Source of the DNA: a virus
Length of the DNA: 64,000 nt
Reading direction: 5' to 3' (one strand)
Virus record (IMG/VR): IMGVR_UViG_3300027736_000041
Location: 1 to 64,000 of that record
Made by a program: the position numbers and the translations under genes
The notes under the pieces: model-generated
Databases searched by the model: none
Told to the model about the DNA's origin: nothing
The model's input: only the letters and a program-made list of their open reading frames with translations
In this document: in pieces, positions 9,085-16,714 of the stretch
Numbering within the stretch: position 1 is the stretch's first letter
How the letters are laid out: each line of letters starts with the position of its first letter

Positions 9085-9330
9085 ATGAGATTACATGATG
9101 ATCCTTCAATCATTGAATTAGTTGCATCAGTCATTGCTTTAATGGCAGTTGGTGCAATTATTTGGTCAGCAACATGGGATCAGTCTGCTGCGGCGCAGAC
9201 AGCATTGACGGGCCTTGTCGGGGCTGCTGCTAGCTTTTTCTTGACTCCCAAGGGCACCAATGGCTATGGAAACGGATCGTCCAAGGAATTGCCGAAAAAA
9301 GCAGAGCCTCCTTCTGCATCTCCCTTGTGA
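9085..9330 (+). CDS. small two-TM membrane protein (holin-like)
   Basis: Two hydrophobic segments (LVASVIALMAVGAIIW; ALTGLVGAAASFFL) and a charged C-tail. Confidence 0.6.
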   Translation: MRLHDDPSIIELVASVIALMAVGAIIWSATWDQSAAAQTALTGLVGAAASFFLTPKGTNGYGNGSSKELPKKAEPPSASPL

Positions 9331-9344
9331 TGCACACAAGTCTT

Positions 9345-9430
9345 GCCGGAATGATGAAATGGCAGACATACCTGACTTAAAATCAGGAGGCGGCTAATCC
9401 GCCGTGTGGGTTCGACTCCCACTTCCGGTA
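9345..9430 (+). tRNA. tRNA-Leu(UAA)
   Basis: GCCGGAA/TTCCGGT acceptor, CCTGA-CT[TAA]AA-TCAGG anticodon arm, long variable arm GGCGG-CTAAT-CCGCC, GGTTCGACTCC; followed by CCG rather than CCA. Confidence 0.93.
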
Positions 9431-9450
9431 CCGTGGGAGGCAATCTGTTG

Positions 9451-9479
9451 TTGACATGGCACTCGTTGCCGTGTATGCT
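9451..9479 (+). promoter_or_regulatory. sigma70-type promoter
   Basis: TTGACA-17 nt-TATGCT. Confidence 0.7.
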
Positions 9480-9531
9480 TAGGATGACTCAGGAAACAGA
9501 GAGAGTATTTTTGCTTACTGTTTGCTGGTCA

Positions 9532-9576
9532 GAGGTCTCTGAGAAGTTGCCTCCCCTCAGAGACCTCACTTTTTTT
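9532..9576 (+). terminator. intrinsic terminator
   Basis: 12-bp perfect stem GAGGTCTCTGAG/CTCAGAGACCTC followed by AC and T7. Confidence 0.8.
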
Positions 9577-9591
9577 CTGGAGAAAATAGTC

Positions 9592-10680
9592 GTGGAAAAT
9601 AGAGTCGGGCACGTGATTCAATCACAACACCAATTATCCAGCAGTGGTACCGGACAATTACCAGTACCGCGCGAGTTTGATTCGTACCAGCATGTGCGTC
9701 CTACCCTAAACATGGTGGTTGCTCCCGAGACTAGTGCCCCACGAGTGAAGATTACTCCTGCATTCATTTCGAAGACTTTGTCGCAGAAGCATCCGACACT
9801 TACTAGGCAGATGATTGTTTCAATGATCGCCATGGGTTTGCAGAAATGGCAAGATCATGAACCAGTTTTCACAATGATCGATACCGCCACGGTAATGTTG
9901 CGGTTGACTTCTGGTGAATATGGCGTCATCATTGAGATTGCCGATCTGCATTTTGGAGGCAATGTTCCATTGGCCATTGGTTGGCTCGCCAAGATTGGCG
10001 AGGAGATGATGCAATCCATGAACCAGCCAGTGCGGATTGTTGAACCAGAGGAAGTGCCTGAGGTAATTCCCGTCAAGGTTCTCGCTGATAATTGGCGAGT
10101 TGCCGATCCGGATTACATTTCAGTGATGGAGGCGTCACAGCGCCTAAAAGTTACTCCTGAGACAATTCGCAAGCGTTGCCGAGCCAATATCTATGTCTCC
10201 AAGACGATTTTGACTCCGCACGGACCCACTTGGTTGATTCATCGGGGTTCGATAAATAATCCTGTTGCCAAGAGAGAGCAGAGTGGGCGTTCTTCGCTCG
10301 AAACTGCAGCCGTGTTGACTTCTGACAGATGTTTGGATTTCTTGGAGGTTGCCATTCCTAGCGTCAAGTTGGGATGGAAAACAGAAGAGAATCAGGTTTT
10401 CTTGAAAAAGATGGATGCCTATTACAGTACAGATCGATTGAAGCGCATGCGTATTGCTCTTGGGCTTACGCAGCCAGACGCATCATGGGCCATAGGACGA
10501 ACTCGCGATTACATACTTCGGATGGAAGATCACGGCACTCGGGCATCATCAATTGGTCATCGTCTCATGATTGCCGCTCTTTACGGTGAGATGGCCATCG
10601 AGCGCAATGTTGAACTGGAGTGGTTGGATGGAGCGCCCATTAGAAGACTTCAAGATGGGAATTACGCGCATGAGCAATGA
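9592..10680 (+). CDS. double helix-turn-helix DNA-binding protein
   Basis: GGAG before GTG 9592; excisionase/MerR-like ISVMEASQRLKVTPETIRKRC...GPTWLI and C-terminal XRE-like LKRMRIALGLTQPDASWAIGRTRDYILRME. Confidence 0.75.
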   Translation: MENRVGHVIQSQHQLSSSGTGQLPVPREFDSYQHVRPTLNMVVAPETSAPRVKITPAFISKTLSQKHPTLTRQMIVSMIAMGLQKWQDHEPVFTMIDTATVMLRLTSGEYGVIIEIADLHFGGNVPLAIGWLAKIGEEMMQSMNQPVRIVEPEEVPEVIPVKVLADNWRVADPDYISVMEASQRLKVTPETIRKRCRANIYVSKTILTPHGPTWLIHRGSINNPVAKREQSGRSSLETAAVLTSDRCLDFLEVAIPSVKLGWKTEENQVFLKKMDAYYSTDRLKRMRIALGLTQPDASWAIGRTRDYILRMEDHGTRASSIGHRLMIAALYGEMAIERNVELEWLDGAPIRRLQDGNYAHEQ

Positions 10681-10975
10681 ATTGAGCAACGTGTACTCGT
10701 TGAGACGTAACGGAGACGTTACAGTTTTTTCAAGTCGAGATGAATTCGAGGCATTTGTCTTCATGCACGTTCGTGCAATGGATCGAGATCATGATAAACT
10801 GTTCACGGATCACGAGACGAGTTCAACAGAAGTAATTCTCAAGAACGTCAAAGCGTGTTGCAACCGATATCCATATATCGTTATTGCAGTCTCTGGATTG
10901 TCTCGTGAAGTGTTGGTAAGCATTGTCCAGACGGCGTTTTACTCGCTGGCCAATGATGGCATAGGAGAAAAATGA
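10670..10975 (+). CDS. hypothetical protein
   Basis: Overlaps both neighbours; ATG 10670. Confidence 0.6.
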   Translation: MSNELSNVYSLRRNGDVTVFSSRDEFEAFVFMHVRAMDRDHDKLFTDHETSSTEVILKNVKACCNRYPYIVIAVSGLSREVLVSIVQTAFYSLANDGIGEK

Positions 10976-11583
10976 TGGGCGGCAGTTCATACGGAAATCG
11001 TTCTCAGGGTTCTGGACGCGATGTTGGACCGTTGTATGGTGACTTGCTTGAGGACATTCGGGCAGCAGGAATGATCGAGACAGTAACAAGCATCGAAGTT
11101 GCCCCTATTGCTGCCAATGAATATCTCTGTGTTGTTCGTGCTGAGTGCATCATGCCGCCGTTGGGAGAGAATCGTCCGCCACGGCGTTTTGTTGGATTAG
11201 GCGCAGCTTATCCCAAAAAGGCTGGAGCCAATGTCATACATGGCGTCAGCAATCCCGTCTATTTCATTCACACTGCGGAGAGTCGGGCCAAAAAGCGAGC
11301 ATGGCAGGATGCGCTCGGACGTGGCGATGGTTTGGAAGAAGATGTGCGCGGACAAATCATGGATGAGCGGTCGCGAGTATCCGCACAGACAGTAGTTGCT
11401 GCACCTCCCGCGGTTCCTGCCGGACCATCAAATCCTGACGGCATTGTTACTGAAGAGATTGCGCAGCGTATTGCTCGCAATTCCAACAATGAAGTAGCTG
11501 TTGAAGATGCTCGACAGTACACTCGCGCTCAAGCAGCTCAGTTCTTTCGTGCATGGAACGAGCGAAATAGCACTTCACAATAA
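10972..11583 (+). CDS. Rad52/Sak-like single-strand annealing protein (putative)
   Basis: AGGAG RBS; LYGDLL...VVRAE...FVGLGAA.P...AESRAKKRAWQDALG resembles Rad52-like 'AETRAKARALRDA' proteins. Confidence 0.6.
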   Translation: MMGGSSYGNRSQGSGRDVGPLYGDLLEDIRAAGMIETVTSIEVAPIAANEYLCVVRAECIMPPLGENRPPRRFVGLGAAYPKKAGANVIHGVSNPVYFIHTAESRAKKRAWQDALGRGDGLEEDVRGQIMDERSRVSAQTVVAAPPAVPAGPSNPDGIVTEEIAQRIARNSNNEVAVEDARQYTRAQAAQFFRAWNERNSTSQ

Positions 11584-11592
11584 TCGTAAGGC

Positions 11593-11622
11593 TTGACAAT
11601 ATCGTTCCAATAGGTATATGAT
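11593..11622 (+). promoter_or_regulatory. sigma70-type promoter ahead of the head operon
   Basis: TTGACA-18 nt-TATGAT. Confidence 0.65.
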
Positions 11623-11664
11623 TATATCTGTGTAGCGATACAGGTCGAAAGCATCCGCTTTAAA

Positions 11665-11725
11665 GGGCCGCCATCGCTTTCTTTGACATGATAAAAATGT
11701 CAAGGGAAGAGTTGGCGGTCTTTTT
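11665..11725 (+). terminator. long hairpin / intrinsic terminator
   Basis: GGCCGCCA...CTTTC-TTTGACAT/ATGTCAAGG-GAAG...TGGCGGTC followed by a T run. Confidence 0.7.
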
Positions 11726-11743
11726 GTTTGTATGATAAGAGTT

Positions 11744-12754
11744 ATGAGTACAACGATTGAATCACTAAAAGAACATCGTAAATCGTTAGTCGCAGATGGT
11801 ATTAATGCCACCTTTGAGGTACCTCTGCGATTTACGAAGTCTTTCGTAGGCGAATATACAAACATCAATGGCGAAAAAAAGACCGGAAGAATTATTGAGG
11901 GCATTGCCTCTACGGAAGCAGAGGACCAGCAAGGCGAGATTGTTCTTCAGGAAAAAATGGATTGTTCGTATCTGCTAGAGAAAGGTTACCTGAATTGGAA
12001 CCATAGTCATGCCCCTGAAGATCAGATCGGCAAGCCACTTGAAGTCATCAAAATGGAAGGTGGACCGGAGACGCCAAATCAGCGTGCCTGCACGTTTTTT
12101 CGTGCCTTGTTGCTAGAAGGAGTACCTCGTGCAGAGGCCGTCTGGAACTTGGCGAAGTCCCTAGAAGACTCCCGAGGAATGGGCAATGAGCGTTCATTAG
12201 GATTTTCGGTTGAAGGAGGTGTGCGACTCAGACAGGGAAATATTCTCGTGGAGACAGTCGTGCGTCACATGGCTGCCACACATGAACCTGTCAATGCACA
12301 GAGTATTGCGCGATGTGTAATGGCAAAAAGTCAAGGATTTAAAGTTCCTGACAGTGTGCTTATTGACACCATGGATTCAAACATGCCTCACTTTATATTT
12401 AACTCTTACTCGCAAATGGTAAAATCCATTGTTCCGGCCATGGACAAAACCATGTCAGTTGGAGATGCAGGTGCAGGAGGACTGCTACTGGAAAACCTGC
12501 ATGGCATATCAGATCGAGATGGATTGCGCAAAAATGAAGGTGATGAATTAAGCCCTCAAATGATATTAAATGAACTTTATAATCCTTGCACAGACGGTAG
12601 AGAGTGTGTGAAAAACGATAAGTTCATTGGTGGTCATCACGGTGCGCTTGATCATCTGGTGCATTGCCGGGGAATGTCTCCGTCAAAAGCTTCAGATGCA
12701 ATGGTAATCGTCATTCATGATTTGCGTAATCAAAAGAAAAAGCGCGGAAATTAA
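11744..12754 (+). CDS. prohead (capsid maturation) protease, Herelleviridae-like
   Basis: IEGIASTEAEDQQGEIV...GYLNWNHS...IGKP...LGFSVEG; lies directly upstream of the scaffold and capsid genes. Confidence 0.88.
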   Translation: MSTTIESLKEHRKSLVADGINATFEVPLRFTKSFVGEYTNINGEKKTGRIIEGIASTEAEDQQGEIVLQEKMDCSYLLEKGYLNWNHSHAPEDQIGKPLEVIKMEGGPETPNQRACTFFRALLLEGVPRAEAVWNLAKSLEDSRGMGNERSLGFSVEGGVRLRQGNILVETVVRHMAATHEPVNAQSIARCVMAKSQGFKVPDSVLIDTMDSNMPHFIFNSYSQMVKSIVPAMDKTMSVGDAGAGGLLLENLHGISDRDGLRKNEGDELSPQMILNELYNPCTDGRECVKNDKFIGGHHGALDHLVHCRGMSPSKASDAMVIVIHDLRNQKKKRGN

Positions 12755-12768
12755 GGAGGAGATAAGAA

Positions 12769-14493
12769 ATGGCTGTCGCAAACAACGAAATGGCGGATGC
12801 CCGTCAGCGCCTGAGCAAGACGCTAGAGGACAACAGCATTTCCGACGCACTGTCCGTACTGGACAAGGCTGTTGGAGGGCTGATCGATCTGGCGAAAGGC
12901 AAGATGGCAACTGAGGGTTTGAATGGCGATCAACTGAACAGCCCGTATGGGTCTGGGCCGGGTGGCGGTGCCTCCAGTCCCTTTGGTTCTATTGATGCAA
13001 GTATGGTCTTGAAGGCCGCTGAGGATATTCTGAGTAACGAGAACACAAAGAATAATCCCAAGATGAAGCGGAACAAGATCGAGGGCGGTCCCGGCAAGGG
13101 TCGTCAGCCCGATTTCAAAGGTTATGACGCCGGAAACACCAGCAAGTTCTTCAAGGCTGGTCAGATGGACGACGACATGGACATGAGCAAGGCTGAAGAT
13201 GAGGAAGAGGAAGCGGATGATTACAACGATCCTAATGATCCTCGTAATCGTGACTTGGCTCGTGGGTTTGATGAGCAAGGAGAAGGCGACATGGGTATGG
13301 ACAAGAATTGGTCTTGGCAGAAGGCCGAAGAAAGCGAAGATGACGAAGACGGTCAGGATGACGATGCCGTAGCCCCTCAGCGTCGTTCGAAGCGTTCGAA
13401 GCGCTCGGCAGATGACGATGATCGTCCATATGACCAAGAGAACACGTTGTATGGTGAAGCAAAGTCATGGCGCAAGGCTGCGGACGATGACGATGCTGAC
13501 GATGACGATGACGATGCTGACGATGACGATGCTCCCCCTGTTCGCAGGTCCAAGGCATCGAAGCGTTCTTCTGCGCGGTCTTCTGCACGTTCTGAGGATG
13601 CCGAAGAGAATGAAGATGGGCCATCGGGAAATCTTCCCCCATGGTTGCAGCGCAAGGGTTTCGGCGATCAGGACAATGCGGGTGGTCCTCCGTGGCAGCA
13701 GAGCGCACAAGACGATGATCAAGGCGACGACGATGATGCTCCCCCTGCTCGCAGGTCCAAGTCGTCGAAGCGTTCTTCTGCGCGGTCTTCTGCACGTTCT
13801 GAGGATGCCGAAGAAGATGCCATGAAGAGTGATGGCGCGTATGGTGATGAGGGATACATGGCTCGTTCGTTCCGTCGTGGCGATATTCACAAGTCGCTGG
13901 TCTCGGGACGCAATGGCGAGCGTGTTGCCGAAGTTGTCGAGGCGTCTCGCGAACTTGCGACGATGGTCAATGTTTTCGGATCGTATCTGGAGCAGTTGTC
14001 CAAGCAGGTCGATCAGGTTCGACGTGATCAATACAACACAGCCACGGTGCTTGCTGATGCAGTGAACACTGTTGTGAAGTCGCAGGCTGCGCTGGCACTG
14101 GGCCTTGAGCGCATGGCCAAGTCTGCAACAGTTCTGGCCGAGCAAGGCGTTGATCCCATGTCGAAGAGCATGGGTGACAGTCGTCCTAATCCGGGGGTTG
14201 TGATGAACGGTCGTGTGCTTACCGAAGGGGCTGCACTGCGTCGTTCGAATGCAATGGTAGACGAGACCGGACATGCTTTGGTGACAAGTGGCACGGTTGA
14301 GTCGAAGTTGACTAAGTCCCTGATGGGATCGATCATTCAGCAATCGGTCATTGACGGAGAGTTCTCCGCCAAGGAAGCGTTACGCTGGCTGACCGAAACA
14401 GATAGTCCCGCCAGTGGGCCGGTCGCGGTATTCCGGCAACTTCCCTCGAAGTTACAGGAACGTATTTCCCGTAAGGTCGAGGAAGAAAACTAA
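12769..14493 (+). CDS. acidic capsid scaffold/core protein
   Basis: AAGGAGG RBS; position between protease and capsid genes; D/E-rich low complexity, many x-K-S/A motifs, coiled-coil-like C-terminal part. Confidence 0.78.
   Translation: MAVANNEMADARQRLSKTLEDNSISDALSVLDKAVGGLIDLAKGKMATEGLNGDQLNSPYGSGPGGGASSPFGSIDASMVLKAAEDILSNENTKNNPKMKRNKIEGGPGKGRQPDFKGYDAGNTSKFFKAGQMDDDMDMSKAEDEEEEADDYNDPNDPRNRDLARGFDEQGEGDMGMDKNWSWQKAEESEDDEDGQDDDAVAPQRRSKRSKRSADDDDRPYDQENTLYGEAKSWRKAADDDDADDDDDDADDDDAPPVRRSKASKRSSARSSARSEDAEENEDGPSGNLPPWLQRKGFGDQDNAGGPPWQQSAQDDDQGDDDDAPPARRSKSSKRSSARSSARSEDAEEDAMKSDGAYGDEGYMARSFRRGDIHKSLVSGRNGERVAEVVEASRELATMVNVFGSYLEQLSKQVDQVRRDQYNTATVLADAVNTVVKSQAALALGLERMAKSATVLAEQGVDPMSKSMGDSRPNPGVVMNGRVLTEGAALRRSNAMVDETGHALVTSGTVESKLTKSLMGSIIQQSVIDGEFSAKEALRWLTETDSPASGPVAVFRQLPSKLQERISRKVEEEN
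13528..13814 (+). repeat. ~80-bp direct repeat in the scaffold gene (2 copies)
   Basis: GATGCTCCCCCTG.TCGCAGGTCCAAG.C.TCGAAGCGTTCTTCTGCGCGGTCTTCTGCACGTTCTGAGGATGCCGAAGA at about 13528 and 13735. Confidence 0.9.
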
Positions 14494-14521
14494 GTAAAGC
14501 ACTAGTAGGAGGAGAAAGAAA

Positions 14522-16123
14522 ATGGCTCTGTTAACAGATTTTCCCACAGGATACAAGAAGCCGGAAGCGCTCAATAAGTCGTTCGACATGATTGTGCGGG
14601 ACTGGTCACGTCAGCAGTTTGGCGGAGACTCGGTTGTCGAGGAAATTCGCAAGGCTCTGAACACTGGTGTTTACAACCAGATCGCAGGCGTATCGGCAGC
14701 ACCGGGTGAGGCTACAGCGCTTCGTCTGGAAAACCTTGACAACACGATGACCTCGGTTCTTGCAACCGCGGAGCATCTCAAGATTTTCCGCTTTCTTCAC
14801 AAGGAGCCGTCGAAGCAGCCATTCTATCAGTGGAACCGTCGTGAGTCTTATGGTTCCACCCGTGGGTTCTTCGGATTTGCCGAAGGTGGACTCCCGCAGG
14901 GTGGCAAGGGCCAGTGGAGCCGTCAAGGGGCGTATGTCAAGTTTCTCGGAACGAAGGGTGGGGTTACTCATCCGGTTGTCCTGACGAATATCCTTGGCGG
15001 AATGTCGATGGACCCGGTCGCTGAGGATCAGCTTGGTCGTACCATGGACTTCATGCAGCGTATTGAAAGAGCCGTTCTGTACGGTGATGATGATATCCTT
15101 GATAATGGTGGTACCGATACGAACTATGACGGACTGTTGAAGTCCCTCACCCGGCAGCGGGCCAAGAATGTCATTGACCTTGCTGGCAAACCCCTCAACC
15201 TCGATACGATTGCTGGCGCTGCGACCAAATTGGTCACCGAAGGCAAGTTGCTTTCGTTTCAAGACCTGACACTGTTCATGTCGCCGCAGAATATCGAAGA
15301 CCTTGGCAAGTTGCGATACAACACCTACATTGGTTCTGGATCGATCACTGGGCCGGGTACCACGGTTGATCGTGCCGACCTGACCACAAGTGCCCGTAAC
15401 AACCTCATTGCTGGTTTGTCGGTGGTTGGTCAGTCCACATCGTTTGGTGTCATTCCTTTCGAGTGGTCGATTTTCACAGAGCCGGTCGAGAGTGGCCTGC
15501 CTCTGAACCTCACGTCCAATCAGGCTGATACTGGCGCTCCAGCCGCTCCTTCAGCGACCTTTGGCGGATTAACAGCCATTCGTGCCTCGACCAATACGTC
15601 GGCTACGTCGAACTTCGCGGGTGGAGCGAAGAACTATTGGTACATGATTTCTTCAGTCAATGACGTTGGAGAGTCCCTTGGTACGGTGATGACTGGAGTG
15701 AAGTCCATCAACACCAATCAGGAAGCGTATCTGCAGTTCAGTCGCGTTACGGGATCGGGCCTCACTCAGGCTCGTGCCTATCGTATCTATCGCGTACAGA
15801 AGACTGCTGAGCCGACAGCGACTGATCCCGGATGGCGGTTCGTTGGCTATGTCGCCGACCCTAACAGCGGCAGCGGTGTTGATTTTATCGACCGCAATGG
15901 CACAAGCGAACTCTACAACAACTTCATGCCGGACACCAATGTTGCGCCATTGATTTGTCGCAATCCGGCCGATCTTGTTGTGGCACAGATGTCGCCACTG
16001 CTCAAGATGCCGCTCGCTCCTGTTAGCACGACGTTTGAGTATCTGCTTCTCCTGTATCACACCCTTGTTCTCAAGGCACCGGAGCGCCAGATTATCTTCA
16101 AGAACGTTGGTGCTTTAACATAA
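14522..16123 (+). CDS. major capsid protein (SPO1/Twort-like) with FN3/Ig-like insertion
   Basis: AGGAGGAG RBS; ALRLENLDNTMTSV, IERAVLYGD, YDGLLK, NVIDLAGKPL, PLLKMPLA, LLLYHTLVLKAPERQIIFKNV; insertion APAAP...YWYMISSVNDVGES. Confidence 0.92.
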   Translation: MALLTDFPTGYKKPEALNKSFDMIVRDWSRQQFGGDSVVEEIRKALNTGVYNQIAGVSAAPGEATALRLENLDNTMTSVLATAEHLKIFRFLHKEPSKQPFYQWNRRESYGSTRGFFGFAEGGLPQGGKGQWSRQGAYVKFLGTKGGVTHPVVLTNILGGMSMDPVAEDQLGRTMDFMQRIERAVLYGDDDILDNGGTDTNYDGLLKSLTRQRAKNVIDLAGKPLNLDTIAGAATKLVTEGKLLSFQDLTLFMSPQNIEDLGKLRYNTYIGSGSITGPGTTVDRADLTTSARNNLIAGLSVVGQSTSFGVIPFEWSIFTEPVESGLPLNLTSNQADTGAPAAPSATFGGLTAIRASTNTSATSNFAGGAKNYWYMISSVNDVGESLGTVMTGVKSINTNQEAYLQFSRVTGSGLTQARAYRIYRVQKTAEPTATDPGWRFVGYVADPNSGSGVDFIDRNGTSELYNNFMPDTNVAPLICRNPADLVVAQMSPLLKMPLAPVSTTFEYLLLLYHTLVLKAPERQIIFKNVGALT

Positions 16124-16152
16124 ACAATACGGTATAATTCATACCGGGCGAG

Positions 16153-16192
16153 ACGCCGATGCCCCTCAGGAACGAGGCGCGTCGGCGTTTTT
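16153..16192 (+). terminator. intrinsic terminator after the capsid gene
   Basis: ACGCCGA...TCGGCGT stem followed by TTTTGTTT. Confidence 0.75.
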
Positions 16193-16216
16193 GTTTAGAA
16201 AATCAAGGAGAATCAC

Positions 16217-16666
16217 ATGGGCAGAGGAAACGCAGTGGAGCGTGCAGCAAAAGCAAAGGAACGTCTTCAGGCTGTAGGAGAGGCTCAGGCAGAGATTGGC
16301 CGACAGGCTTTGGAGGCCATTGAAAAGGGCACTGATCCTGAATTGGCAGTTGCCTTGGCTACAGCAGCAGCCAAGGAATTTCCGGCCAACGAAGAAACAA
16401 CAGTTGTTCTTGAGGAGCAGAAACTAACGGCAAGGGCCACACAAATCAATGCGGAACACAAGGCAAAACAAGATGCAGAGCAACAGGTATCAATCCGTCT
16501 GATTGAGCGTGAGGATGTGAAGGCTCACTCGCTCATGGGATGCACGCTAGACGGAAAGCCCTTCAATATTCAGATTAACGCACATGGTGTGGCAATTGTT
16601 TCTCGTTCAATTGCAGAGTATTTGCTCAAGGAATCATCCGATGTGTTCGAGGAAGTTGAGCAATAA
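16217..16666 (+). CDS. hypothetical virion-associated protein
   Basis: AAGGAG RBS; follows the capsid gene. Confidence 0.75.
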   Translation: MGRGNAVERAAKAKERLQAVGEAQAEIGRQALEAIEKGTDPELAVALATAAAKEFPANEETTVVLEEQKLTARATQINAEHKAKQDAEQQVSIRLIEREDVKAHSLMGCTLDGKPFNIQINAHGVAIVSRSIAEYLLKESSDVFEEVEQ

Positions 16667-16714
16667 GGCATCATTAAAGTTCTGAAATGATTATCCTTAT
16701 ATACAGGATAAAAA

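Noticed and set aside
9345-9430. tRNA as prophage attachment site
   Set aside because: No integrase, no duplicated tRNA 3' end and no host genes in the window.
9406-9591. ORF-track N-terminal extension of the HTH gene
   Set aside because: It overlaps tRNA-Leu, a promoter and a terminator; GTG 9592 with an RBS is more plausible.
12823-15262. Long minus-strand ORFs (e.g. 13465..14343, 14606..15262) and similar ones opposite the propeller, sheath and fibre genes
   Set aside because: Antisense shadows of biased or repetitive + strand genes, with no recognisable domains.
15500-15940. Intein in the major capsid protein
   Set aside because: No Cys/Ser...His-Asn splice motifs or LAGLIDADG motif; the insertion looks FN3/Ig-like.
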